Source of the DNA: Glaucostegus cemiculus
Taxonomy: Eukaryota
NCBI GenBank assembly: GCA_976551045.1
Contig: CDPCPM010000010.1
Location: 37,324,001 to 37,388,000, forward strand
Length of the DNA stretch: 64,000 nucleotides
Direction of reading: 5' to 3'
This document shows positions 40,685-54,037 of the stretch, piece after piece. The stretch's first letter is position 1; every line of letters begins with the position of its first letter. Below the pieces are notes generated by a model. The model was not told the origin of the DNA and ran no database searches. It saw only the letters and a program-made list of their open reading frames with translations. The translations under genes and the position numbers were made by a program.

Positions 40685-42916
40685 TGAAATTTATTTCAGC
40701 ATTTTTGGTGATTCAAATGCTTGCGGATATTTAGCTCCAGTACAGTACTTTCAGGAAATACGATGCAGTGAATATTTTATAAATCAAATATGAAAAACAA
40801 AATCTTTCAGGAACTAGATCAAACTGAACAACGTAACTGGTCTTGCTGGGAATCTAATCACATGTATGTTTCATGTGTATCTGTTCCATCGCAGTTTTAC
40901 AATCGTGGCCACCTGTTAATTAATACTCATGGAACACTATCGTCCTCCATTTAAAGAGACAAAAAATCCAACTGCTGTACCGGGGGTATAAACTCTGTCT
41001 CCATCATCTTCAAACCCACAGGTGAACAATCATTTATTTCTTAAAAAATAAATATTTCTATCCCGTGGTGTCCACAATAAATAGCCGATTAACTTCGCTT
41101 TTCATAATTTAAGGGCGAGCATGCAAGTAATTTCCATGGTTTATCTCAAAAGCAAAAGCCTGTGTGATTGCCTTTTGTTTAAAATATAAACCAGAATGCT
41201 ATCATGTCAACTATCGAACCTCTTTTCAGCCCTGAAGTTAGAGGAGATCGAATGGCATGACTCCAAAAATGATCGGAGAATTAATTTATGCAATGCTACT
41301 CTAATGTATCGAAAATCAATATTCTCTCAGGTACTTGAACATTCTCCCGTTTCATTACTGCCATACGTTGAAGTTTAAGTTGGATCTGTACATCAGTATT
41401 CCTTCACTGATACTGCATCTAAATTTTGGAACTTATTACGCAATAACTTTATGGAAGATAAGGCCCTCACTAGTTCATGAAGCTGTCTATCCTCCACTTT
41501 TGCAAGGGCAACGAGGGATGGGTAAAACTCTTGCCTTGCCTGTGACACCCACATCCAAGATACCTTGAAGCATAACACTAATTGTGGAAGACTCTGGGCA
41601 GACTCTTCCATCTAGGACCCTTCCTAAAATACCTGCAAAACAATATGTGTAGGAAAGTTTGCTGTTGTCCTCACGATATTAATTTATATTCAACATTCCT
41701 TGCAATCCGTACCCACTGCAACAAGTTCCACACAGTGTTGATACTTTGACTTTTAGATGAGGTAACTTTGAAATATAACTCAGTTGCTAGGCACTGGCCA
41801 TCCCCAGCAATAGGTATGAAAACCACTTCTCCTCGAATTATCTCACATTGCCATCATTGACTCCACATTCTATTAACATGGGTTTCACCATTTATCAGAA
41901 ACTACTGAACCAGCAACATTAGTGCTATGGTTATGACAGGGAACCAGAATTTGGACTTCAAGGGGTTGCACTTATATTCTGCCATTTGAAAGCTGCCAAT
42001 CAGAATTTTGCTTGAATATTTTCCAAATACCTGAATATGTAACTTCAGCAACACACAAAATTCACGACACCATTCAGCTCAAAGCTTTCAGCCTGATAAG
42101 CAGAACATAAAGTGCCTTAAATGTTCATTCAGTCCATCGCAGAATTCACTGGAATAATCCTGTGATATTTCTCCAAATTTACTGGCAGTTCTGGTCAAGG
42201 AAGAACTGCAAGTACATAAGGAAATAATAGCAGGACAGAATCCCACGTCTACTAAGATATACCTCACTATTTATGAGAAACATTTGAATTATCTGTATAC
42301 ATACTTTGGCAGTGAAAGGACATCACATCGTTGGTTTCCTTGGGCTTTGGTAGCTCTACAAATACATTCCAGCACTAAGAGGGAGATAATCAGAATCTTG
42401 TTGGAATATTCTCCATTAGATTGGATAGGTAACTTCAACAGCTCTTAGAGAGTTCCATAGTATCCAGAATGAATCTTTCAGGTTGATGAGCAATGCATAA
42501 AGTATTTTAGATTCTTTAGACATAAAATAAGAACATAAAAAGTAAAGAAATACTCATCATGTCAAGCAACACTGATGGAGAGAAACCGAGATATAACTTT
42601 GCAGACTGATCACTCTACATCAACTTCTGATTTAAGGTCATCGGCTGGAAACGTGGACTCTTGGGTTTCGCTTCAGAGATGTGGCTGCTTTTTCAGTACA
42701 CATTACTGCTACAGGACCTGGTATACCAAAGCAGTGGAGTTAAAATTTATCGGACAAAGAACTCGACAGGTTGGACAAAAAGAGTACATGGCAATTAGAC
42801 CTGTGGATCAAAATCACTATGCACAAATACATTTTAACCTAGATAGTAAATTTGTCCCAGTAAATACAATGGCTTGAGTTTCCAAAGCGATTATTTTCTT
42901 TTGCGAAGTAGCTCAC

Positions 42917-45364
42917 CTCGTTATTTGTATTGCAGTTGTACATGCCAGAGCTCCCCATTCCTGCATTCTCTTTCCCAATAGGTTTCCTTTGCGCATAGGG
43001 AACAGATGCAGATGGTCCACACGTTCGAGGAGACGTGAAGTCTCTCTTCACGGACTGCAATGTTGAACACGACTCGTAACGGAAACTCTGAGAAAGTGGA
43101 TCACCTCCGAATACCTCAACATAGTTCGGTGGTATCTGAAGACTTCTACTGGCCTTTTGAATTCCGTTTAGAGAATTTTTTGTTTCGTAACAGCAACAGA
43201 CATTCAGAGAACTGTATTGGCATCCCACGCCATTTCTGTTGTTATAAACTTTAATAGCAAGGAAAATTAAAATCACGAGGAAAATGATGGATGTCGTCCC
43301 TAATGCAATGACTAAGTAAAGATTCAGATCAGGTGTAAAGTCACGATCTTCAGATAAACTGGTGGCACTGGAGATCGTTTCACCTCCTGTCACAGATAAT
43401 ACTATAGTTACTGTGGCTGAAAGTGAGGGCGTTCCGTTGTCTTTTACGACAATCACCAGCCTTTGTTTTGAAGCATCCTTACTCACAATACCACGGATAG
43501 TCCAAACTTCTCCCGTGTCTGCTGAAATAGTGAACAGATCGCGATGGGTAGCTTGAAAAATGTGATAAGACAGACGGGAATTCTGACCAGAGTCAGCGTC
43601 AGTAGCTGATACCTTGACAACGAGGTATCCCGGTTCAGCAAACCTGGATATTGTCTCCACTGCTGTTGCGCCGTATTGCGGTAAAGGGTGTACGATTACT
43701 GGAGCGTTATCGTTCTGATCAAGGATAACAACATCTATTGTAACGTTACTGGTGAGGGGCGGGTCTCCAGAATCCTGCACCCGAACTTGGATCTGGAAGT
43801 CTTTTAATTGTTCATAGTCAAATGATCTCTGAGCAGATACGACACCAGTCTGTGCGTTGATCGAGACAAATTTGGCTGCGGATGAATTCAGTACAGTAAA
43901 GTTCAGTCGGGCATTCGGTCCTATATCTGGATCGAAAGCTGTCAGGGAGAATATGCATTCCCCAATAACGTTGTTTTCCATGACCCTTGCTGTGTATAAG
44001 GGCTGCGTAAACCTTGGTGCGTTATCATTTACATCTGAAATTTCCACACGGATTGTTTTCTTGGATGTGAGGGGAGGGTTCCCTGCATCTGTGCAAGTGA
44101 CAGTTATGGAATACCTGGAGGTAATTTCACGATCCATCATATCTTGTATCAGCAGTTTCCAATTGTTCTTTATCGGCGAATCTAACTTAAAGGGTAGTTC
44201 ATTCGGTATTTGACATTGTACTTGGCCATTTTGCCCGGAATCCTTATCTTCTGCACTGAGGAGGGCAACAATCGTTCCAATTGGAGCATTTTCTGCCAGG
44301 GCATGTGACAAGGATGTCAACGACAGATCAGGAGCGTTGTCATTCACATCGATAACATCGACTAACACATCACACTTCTGAGACATTGCGGGATGGCCAT
44401 TATCGACGGCCTGTATATTAATCACAAACGTTTTAGTTTGTTCATAGTCTAAATGCCCCTTCAGTCTTATTTCGCCAGTTTTGGAATTAACCCCAACTAA
44501 TTCACGAACTTCAGCTGAATTATGGCTGCTGAGGGTATACGTTATCTCTCCATTAGCACCATCATCCAAATCAGTGGCGGTTAATGTTATAATAAGAGTT
44601 CCTTTGGGAGCTGATTCTAATATATTGACCTTATAAACCGACTGTGAGAAAACAGGAGCGTTGTCGTTCACATCCTTCACCGTGATTGTTACCTGGACCC
44701 TGCCCGATCTCACAGGGACTCCGCCGTCTTCGGCAAGCAGCGTTAACTGATGCGCCGATATCGTTTCTCTATCCAAGGCCCTCTGTTGCACTAGGACAGG
44801 TAACCTTCCTATCCTATCGCGTTCTTGTACGTCAAGAATGAAATATTCATTAGGAACGAGCTGGTATGACTGCAAGGAGTTTGTTCCAATGTCCGGATCG
44901 TGTGCGCCTTCGAGGGGAAAACGCGCTCCCGGTGCCATAATCTCGGAGATTTCCAGGCGGATCTGGTTTTGGGGAAAACTGGGAGCGTTGTCATTTACAT
45001 CGAGAATCTCCACATCCACCTGGTGCAGACTGAGGGGATTTTCAAGCACAACGTTGAAAGACAAAACGCAGTCGGTGCTCGGCCCGCAAAGTTGTTCCCT
45101 GTCGATTTTTTCATTCACAAATAAAATCCCATTCTGCAAATCTACGTCAACATACCGCTTCCTCGGACTCGGCGCCACCCGCAAACTGCGGGCCGTCAGC
45201 TGCTTTACATCTAACCCCAAATCAATGGCGATATTCCCAACAAAGGCGCCCATTTGCAATTCCTCAGGAACAGAATAACGAATCTGCCCATAAACAAGAT
45301 TCCAGCGGGAGAACAAACAGCAAAACAGTTGGTATTTCACCAACCAGTATATATTGTCTCTCAT
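42917..45364 (-). CDS. Clustered protocadherin variable exon V10
   Basis: 6 EC plus TM; donor GAG|GTGAGC at 42917|42916. Confidence 0.95.
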
Positions 45365-45573
45365 TTCCAGGAGAAATCATTCCAATGGTTTCAGCCCGAG
45401 ACAAAGCCTTTTGACAGCGATTGATTTAAATGGGACGAATACGATGCAGAAGATATCTGTAGCATTCTTTAAATTGCTCTGCTGTTTTCATTTGAGTTCT
45501 CATGTTGTCTCTCGTTCGAAAGAAATCGTGTACAAATCCACCGGAGCTGCTGATTATCCCGTTTTTACGGCGT

Positions 45574-45751
45574 CTGATCTTACGCGATGGCGGCTGGGTA
45601 TTGAAGGGGGCTGTGCAGATCACCAGTCACATCTCAGCTTCTGATTGGTGACAATGTAACATCCCTATCTGACCAATTAGAGAGCAGCTCATTTCTTAAA
45701 GCAAGAAGTGCTTACTTTGGCACAGAGTTGTTCCATTTATGACTGCACAAT
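45574..45751 (-). promoter_or_regulatory. Conserved promoter module of V10
   Basis: ATTGG 45644, CCAAT 45673, TTCTTAAAGC 45693. Confidence 0.8.
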
Positions 45752-48242
45752 TGAAATTTCTTTCAGCATTTTAGGCCATTCGGATTTTTGCAGAAATTTA
45801 TTTCCAGAACCGCAATTTCAGGAACTACGATGCAGTGGATATCTTAAAGATTCAATATAAAATAAAAGCCTTCAGGAATGTGATCAAGTTGAACAACTTA
45901 ACTAATCTTGCTGAGTAACTAATTACTGGTATGCGGAATGTATGTATATTCCATCGTGGTTTTAACACCGTGGCTACTATTAATTAATACTCATGGAACA
46001 CTGTTGTCCCCGGCAACTTTCAGTACAAACAAAACACAACTGCTATATCAGGAGGAATAACTTCTTTGTGTGTCATTTTCAAACGAAAATGGCAATAGTA
46101 ATTTAATTTCTAAAACAATTATATTTATATATCCCTGATATCCAGAATAAATAGCCGAGTGACCGACTTAATCCCTGGTTTTTCATAATTTAAGGGCTAG
46201 CATAGTAATAACTCCATAGTCTTTTTGTAAAGCAAAAGCTAATGTTACTCCCTTTATAAAACGTAAACCAGAATGCCATGATGCCCGCCATTAAATCTCT
46301 TTCCTGTCCTGAGATTAGACGTGATCCATAGGCAGTGTTCCAGAACTGGTTGGAGAATCAGTTTGTCCAATTTTACTCTACTGACTTGAAAATCAGTATT
46401 CCACCAGGTACTTTAAAACTGTATGCTTTCATTACTGCTAAACTTTAACGCTGACTATCACCATTCCTTTACTGATAATTGAAACTAAATCTTCGAGCTC
46501 CGTAGGCAATCACAGTACGGGAGATCAATCAGAACAAGGGCCACACTGGGTCACGAAAGTGTCTCTCCACCACTTTTTCAAGGGCAAAGTGGAAAGTATA
46601 AAAACACTGGCCTTGCCTGTGACCCCCACATCTAAGATACAAATGAGCTTAACTTTGATTGTTGAAGACTGCTAATCCCCAAAGCAAAGCAACTCCACAG
46701 TAATTCCCTGGGACCCTGCCTGTATACTTCCATCTTGGACACTTCCAAAAACATTAGCACAATATTATGATGGGAACGTTTGCTGTTACTTGCACGATGC
46801 TAATTTATATTCAACATTCCTTGCAGTCGGTAACCACTAATAAGCTCTACACAATGTTGATACTTTGACTTTTAATTGAGGTAACAGTCAAATATAACAC
46901 AATTGCTAGGGATTGGCCATCCCTAGCGACAGGTGTTACAGCCACTTCTCCTGGAATGAATTCACATTGCCATCATTGAATCCACATCCTATTAACGGTG
47001 GTTTCACTGTTATGAATGTTATGGCTCAGAAAGAGCACCAGAATTTGGACTTCAGTGGGTTCCTCTTACTTTCTGCCATCTGAAAGCCGCAAAGCAGAAT
47101 TCTGCTCGAATATTTTCTGAATACTTGAACATGTAACTACAGCAGCACCCAGAATACTCTACGCCAACCAGATCAAATCATTCAGCCTCATCAGCAGTAC
47201 TTAAAATGCGTTAAAGTTTCGTTCATGCCACCGCAGAGTACACTTCAATTTCCCAGTGATATTTCTCCAAATTTTCTCACAGTTCTGGCGAACGAAGAAA
47301 TGCAAGTGCATAAGAAAATAACAGCTCGACAAAATACAGCATCCTACTGCACTATTTATCAGAAACATTTGAATTAGCTATATACATACTTTGACTGTGA
47401 CAGAACACTACATGATTGTTTGTTTCTGTGGCCTTTGTGAACTTTTTGTGGACTTTGCAACACGAATAAGGAAGTAATCAGACTCTTGTTGCTATATTTT
47501 CCATTATATTGGATAGCAATATAACAACACATGGACAGTTACATGGTGCCCAGAACGAAGCTTTCAGGTTTATTAGCAGTGCATAAAGTACTTTAAATAC
47601 CTTTGACATAAATTAAGAACATAGAAAGTGTGGAAAAACTCATCATGCCAAGCAGCACGGATACAGAGAAACCAAATATACAACTTTCAAAACGGACCAC
47701 CTTACATCGATTTCTGATTTAGGTCATCGGTCAGAAACGTGGACTCTTGGTTCTCGCACCACGGAAGTTGCTGTATTTTCCGTATTTAGTAATTTTTTTG
47801 TTTCACTTTCCAGAGTCTTCATGTTTTATCCTACGGGTTTTAAATACAAAGTTATCCTAGTAAATCTGAGAGGAGCTGCTGCTTTCAAACAAAGTACTCA
47901 AAACAAGAATTTGCAACAGTATGCTCGAGGCCTCTCGTAAGACAATAAAAATATAAATTGTAGAAAATATGGGCCAGTTTTAACAGTCGCTGAATTCTTT
48001 TACAGAATTCAGTTGGGACAGAAGGTGGTAAGCGCATTATACGGGATTCCAGGACCTGCAGCAGCAACCCATTCGAGTCACATATAATCGGACAAAGACC
48101 TGAACAATTAGAATAAATATCATACATGCAATTGGGCATGTGGATCAACATCAGTATGCACAAAGACATCTTGACCGAGTCCCAGATAAAGGAATGGCAC
48201 GAATTTTGAAAACGATTCGTTTTCTTTTGGGAAGTAGCTCAC

Positions 48243-50690
48243 CTCATTATTTCTGTTGCAGTTGTAGATGTCAGAATTTAGCATTCCTGCACTATCTTTC
48301 GCAATCGGTTTCTCCTGGGCACAGCAAATAGCTGCAGGTGGTCTGCACGTTTGAGGAGTTGTGAAGTCTCTCTTCAGGGACTGCAATGCTGAACACGACT
48401 CGTAACGGAAGCTCTGAGAAAGTGGATCACCTCCGAATACCTCAACATAGTTCGGTGGTATCTGAAGACTTCTGCTGGCTTTTTGAATTCCATTTAGAGA
48501 ATTTCTTGTTTCGCAACAGCAACAGACATTCAGATAACTGTATTGGCATCCCACACCATTTCTGTTGTTATAAACTTTAATCGCAAGGATAATTACAATC
48601 ACTAGGAAAATGATGGATGTCGTCCCCAGTACAATGACCATGTAAAGATTCAGATCAGGTGTAAAGTCACGATCTTCAGATAAACTGGTGGCACTGGAAA
48701 TCGTTTCACCTCCTGTCACAGATAATACTATGGTTACTGTGGCTGAAAGTGAGGGCGTTCCGTTGTCCTTTACAACAATCACCAGCCTTTGTTTTGAAGC
48801 ATCCTTGCTCCCAATAGCACGAATAGTCCAAACTTCTCCAGTGCCTGCTGAAATAGTGAACAGATCGCGATGGGTAGCCTGAAAAATGTGGTAAGACAGA
48901 CGTGCATTCTGACCAGCGTCGGCGTCAGTAGCTGATATCTTGACAACGAGGTATCCCGGTTCAGCAAACCTGGATATTGTCTCCATTGCTGTTGAGCCGT
49001 ATTGGGGTAAAGGATGCACGATCACTGGAGCGTTATCGTTCTGATCAAGGACAACAACATCTATTGTAACGTTATTGGTGAGGGGCGGGTCTCCAGAATC
49101 CTGCACCCAAACTTGGATCTGGAAGTTTTTCAATTGTTCATAGTCAAACGATCTCTGAGCAAATATGACACCAGTCTGTGAGTTGATGGAGACATATGGG
49201 TCTGGGGATGAATTCGGGATAGTGAAGCTCAGTCGGGCATTCTGTCCTGTGTCTGGATCGAAGGCAGTCAGGGAGAATATGGAATCCCCAATGACGTTGT
49301 TTTCCATGACCCTTGCCGTGTATGCGGGCTGCGTAAACCTTGGTGCGTTATCATTTACATCTGAAACTTCCACACGGATCGTTTTTTTGGATGTGAGGGG
49401 AGGCTGACCTGCATCTGTGCAAGTTACAGTAATGTCATACCTGGAGGCAGTTTCACGATCCAGTGTATGCTGCAGAAGCAGTTTCCAATTGTTCTTTACA
49501 GTTGAATCTAACTTAAAGGGTAGTTCATTCACAATTTGACACTCTACTTGCCCATTTTGCCCGGAATCCTTATCTTCTGCACTGACGAGGGCGACGATAG
49601 CTCCAATTGGAGAATTTTCTGCCAGGGCATTTGACAAGGATGTCAACGACAGATCAGGAGCATTGTCGTTCACATCGATAACTTTCAGTAACACATCACA
49701 CTGCTGTGACATCGCGGGATGGCCTTTATCGACTGCTTGCATATTAATCACAAACGTTTTAGTTTGCTCATAGTCTAAATGCCCCTTCAGTCTTATTTCC
49801 CCAGTTTTGGAATTCACCCCAACTAATTCACGAACTTCAGCTGAATTATGGCTGCTGAGGGTATACGTTATCTCTCCATTAGCACCATCGTCCAAATCAG
49901 TGGCGTTTAATGTCATAATAAGAGTTCCTTTGGGAGCTGATTCTGATATATTAACCTTATAAACCGACTGCGAGAAAACAGGAGCGTTGTCGTTCACATC
50001 CTTCACCGTGATTGTTACCTGGACCTTGCCCGATCTCATAGGGACACCGCCGTCTTCGGCAAGCAGCGTTAACTGATGGCCGCTTGTCGTTTCTCTATCC
50101 AAGGCGCTCTGTAACACCAGAACAGGTAATTTTCCTATCGTATCGCGTTCTTGTATATGAAGAATAAAATACTCATTCGGAAGAAGCTGGTACGACTGCA
50201 AGGAGTTAGTTCCAGTGTCCGGATCGTGTGCGGCCTCGAGGGGGAATCGCGCTCCCGGTGCCATAATCTCGGAGATTTCCAGGCGGATCTGGCTTTTCGG
50301 GAAACTGGGAGCGTTGTCATTTACATCGAGAATCTCCACTTCCACCTGGTGCAGACTGATGGGATTTTCAAGCACAACGTTGAAGGACAAAACGCAGTCG
50401 GTGCTCGGCCCACAAAGTTCTTCCCTGTCGATTTTTTCATTCACAAATAAAATGCCATTTTCCAAATTTACGTCAACATACCGTTTCCTCGGACTGGGCG
50501 CCACCCGCAAACTGCGAGCCGAGAGCTGCTTTAAATCTAACCCCAAATCAATGGCGATATTCCCAACAAAGGCGCCCAGTTGCAATTCCTCGGGAACAGA
50601 ATAACGAATCTGGCAGGAAACGAGACTCCAGCGGGAGAACAAACAACAAAACAGTTGGTATTTCACCAACCAGTATATATTGTCTCTCAT
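48243..50690 (-). CDS. Clustered protocadherin variable exon V11
   Basis: 6 EC plus TM; donor GAG|GTGAGC at 48243|48242. Confidence 0.95.
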
Positions 50691-50899
50691 TTCCAGGAGA
50701 AATCATTCCAATGGTTTCAACCTGAGACAAAGCCTTTTAACAGCGATTGATTTAAATGGGACAAATACGATGCAGAAAATATCTTTACCTATTTGCAAAT
50801 TTCTCAATCGTTTTCATTTGATTGCTCCTGTTGTCTCCAGTTCGAAACAAATCGTGCACAAATGCTCCGCAGCTGCTGGCTGCCCAGTTTTCACGGCGT

Positions 50900-51077
50900 C
50901 TGATGTTACGCAATGGCGGCTGGGAACTAAAAGGGGCTGTGCAGATCACCAGGCACATCTCAGCTTCTGATTGGTGGACAATGTAACAGTCATATCTGAC
51001 CAATTAGAGTGAAGCTCATTTCTTAAAGCATGAAGTGCTACTTTGGCACAGAGTTGTTCTATTTATTACTGTACAGT
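50900..51077 (-). promoter_or_regulatory. Conserved promoter module of V11
   Basis: ATTGG 50970, CCAAT 51000, TTCTTAAAGC 51020. Confidence 0.8.
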
Positions 51078-53000
51078 TGGAATTTTTTTCCACATTTTTG
51101 ACCATCTAGTTTTTTTTGCAGAAATATAGCTCCAGAATCATAATTTCAGGAATTACGATGCAGTGAATATCTTAAAGATGAAATATGAAATAAAAGCCTT
51201 CGGACACGTGATCACAGTGAACAACAGAACTTCTCTTGCTGAGTGACTAATTAAATGCATTCTCCAAGTATATTTGTTCCATCGTAGTTTTACAATCGTG
51301 GTCTCCTGTTAATTAATACTCATGGATCACTGTCTCCCGCTCGCGTGAAGAGAACCAAGTCAAACTAAATACTACTGCTATACCAAGAGGAATAACCTCT
51401 TTGTGCGTCATTTTCAAAAGAGTAAGTCAATTGTAATTCCATTCCAAAGCAATTATATTTATATCCCATAGTGTCAACAATAAATAGCCGAATGACTGAG
51501 ATTTTATCCAAGGGGTTTCAAAATTTACGTGTTAGCATGCAAATAATCTCCATCGTTTTTTCCCCTAACGCAGAAGCTGATGCGTTTGCCTTTGCGTAAA
51601 ATGTAAACGAGAATGCCGTCATGTCTACCATTACATCTCTTTCCTGTCGTGATATTAGACGAGATCTATGGTCTCGTCCAGATCTCCAGAACTGTTTGGA
51701 GAATTAATTTGTGGAATGCTACTCCCCTGACTTGAACAACAATATTGCCCCAGGTACTTTAACATTCTTTGGTTTCATTACTGTTATACGTTTAACTTTG
51801 ACTATGAATCATATATCACCATTACTTCGCTGACAATGGAACTAAATCTTCGAACTTCTTATACAATAATTTTACAAGAGATAAAGACCTTGTCGATGCC
51901 ACCCATATCTTAGACAAAATGGAACATATGTTTGATCGTTGAAGACTGCTTATCCCAAAAGCAAAGCAGCTCTGCAGTAATTCCTAGGGACTCTGCGTGA
52001 AACCTTCCAGCTCGGACACTTCCCAAAATATCTTAACAATATTATGTGTGGAAAAGTTTGCTGTTGACCACACGAGGCAGTCCGTAAGCACTTGAAACAT
52101 GCTCGACGCAGTGTCGATGTTTTGAATTTTAACTGAGGTAACGTTCATAAATAACACAATTGCTAGACATTGGCCATCCCCAGCAACATGGTATGTCAGC
52201 CACCTATCCTCGAATTAACTCACATTGCCATCATTGAATTCACATCCTATTGACATGACTGTCACCATTTATCAGAAAGTACTGAATGAGCTACATGAGA
52301 GCCGTGGTTAAAACAGGGCACCAGAATTTGGACTTCATGGGGTTCCTCTTGTCTTATGTCATTTGAAAGCCACAAACCAGAAGTTTGCGCGAATATTTTC
52401 CATATACCTGAACACGTAACTGGACAACACGCAGAATACTCGAGTCCATCCAGAGCATAGTTTTCAGCCTGTTTAGCAGTACATAATATGCCTTACACAT
52501 ATTAATTCATGCTACTGTAGAATACACTGCAATATGCCAGTAATATTTCTCCAAATTCTCTCCAAGATCTCGCCAAGGAAGAAATGTAAGTGCAGAAGGA
52601 AATAACAGCAGGAGAAAAATCCCACAACCAACTAAGATATACTTCACTATTTATCAGAAACTTTTGAATTAGCTGCGTACATGTTTTGGTTGTGACAGAA
52701 TACCGCATGATTTTGTTTTGTTCCCGTGGGCTTTGCAGCTTTTCATAGACTTTCCAACACTAAGGATGTAATCAGTATCTTGTTGGAATAGTCTCCATCA
52801 GATTGTATTGCTAACTCCATCACACTTAGAGAGTTCCACAGTGTTAAAAAAGATGCTTCCAGTTTAATGAGCAGTGCATAAAGTACTTTGGATGCTTCAG
52901 ACATAAAATTAGAACGCAAAAACTATAGAAATACTCATCATGCCAAGCAGCACTGATGGAGGGAATCCCAAACATAACTACCCAGACTGATCACCTTACA

Positions 53001-53286
53001 AGATCACAAGATCACAAGACAATGGAGCAGAAGCAGGCCAGTCGGCCCATCGAGTCTGCTCCAAAGGGAAGGGAAGGGAAGGTGGGGGGGGGGAAAAAAA
53101 AAAACAAAAAAAAAACCTACTATTCTAAGTCCAAATCCCTGCCTTATCTCCATATCCCTTGATACCTTGACCATTTATTTTTTTATTTATTTATTTATTT
53201 TTTAAAAATATTTTTCCCGCGTCAGTCCACCGTCCTCCACCCTTCTGCCAGGAATCCCGTCACGCCCCGCGTCAGTCCTCGATCAG
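53001..53286 (-). mobile_element. Young short retroelement with CR1-like tail, inserted in one unit only
   Basis: Absent from paralogous units (empty site CACCTTACATCGA); TTACA duplicated at 52996-53000 and 53287-53291; 8-bp tandem tail (CACAAGAT)n; CpG-rich head. Confidence 0.7.
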
Positions 53287-53696
53287 TTACATCGACTGAT
53301 TTAAGGTCATCGGCCAGAAATGTGGACTCTTGGTTCTCACTCCACAAATATTGCTGTATTTTCAGTACGTAGTGATTTTTTTTTAGTTCCGCTTTCCAGC
53401 AGCTACATCTTTTTCTCCGTCCGGGTTGTAAGTACAGAGTGACCTAGTACATCTGGAGTGGGCTGCTGCTTTCACACGAAGTACTCACAACAAGCTTGTG
53501 GAACAGTATCCTCAAGGTCTCCCGTAAGATAGTTAAAAAGATAAATGGTAAAAAAAGGGCCAGGTTAAACAGTCACTCAGTACTTCGATAAACTTCATTT
53601 AGGATGGAAAGTTGTACGAGAATCATACGGGTTTGCAGGACCTGGTGTGGCAACACGTTAGACTTACATATATTCGCAAAAAGGCACGAATAATTA

Positions 53697-53894
53697 TATT
53701 GCCTTTATCTCTCGTAAAGTGATTGCAAAAGAAGCTCGAAGATTTAGTTCCATTGTCAGTGAAGGAATGGTGATATATTATTCATAGTCAAAGTTAAACG
53801 TATAACAGTAATGAAACCAAAGTATGTTAAACTACCTGGGAGAATATTGTTGTTCAAGTCAGTAGAGTAGCATTCCACAAAGTAATTCTCCAAC
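53697..53894 (-). repeat. Inverted ~195-bp copy of cluster spacer sequence
   Basis: Reverse complement of ~57497-57690 and ~51697-51888; absent at the homologous position of other units. Confidence 0.85.
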
Positions 53895-54037
53895 GAATAA
53901 AAAGACTATATGGCAATTAGGCATGTGGATCAACATCAGTATGCACAAGGACATTTTGATCTAGATAATAATTTCGTCCAGTTAAAGCAATGGCCCGAGA
54001 ATCAAAAACGCTTTCTTTTTTTTGCGAAGTAGCTCAC

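Noticed and set aside
42700-42720. Deletion of roughly 250 bp in the V10 intron relative to sibling units
   Set aside because: Ordinary indel with no recognisable element affected.
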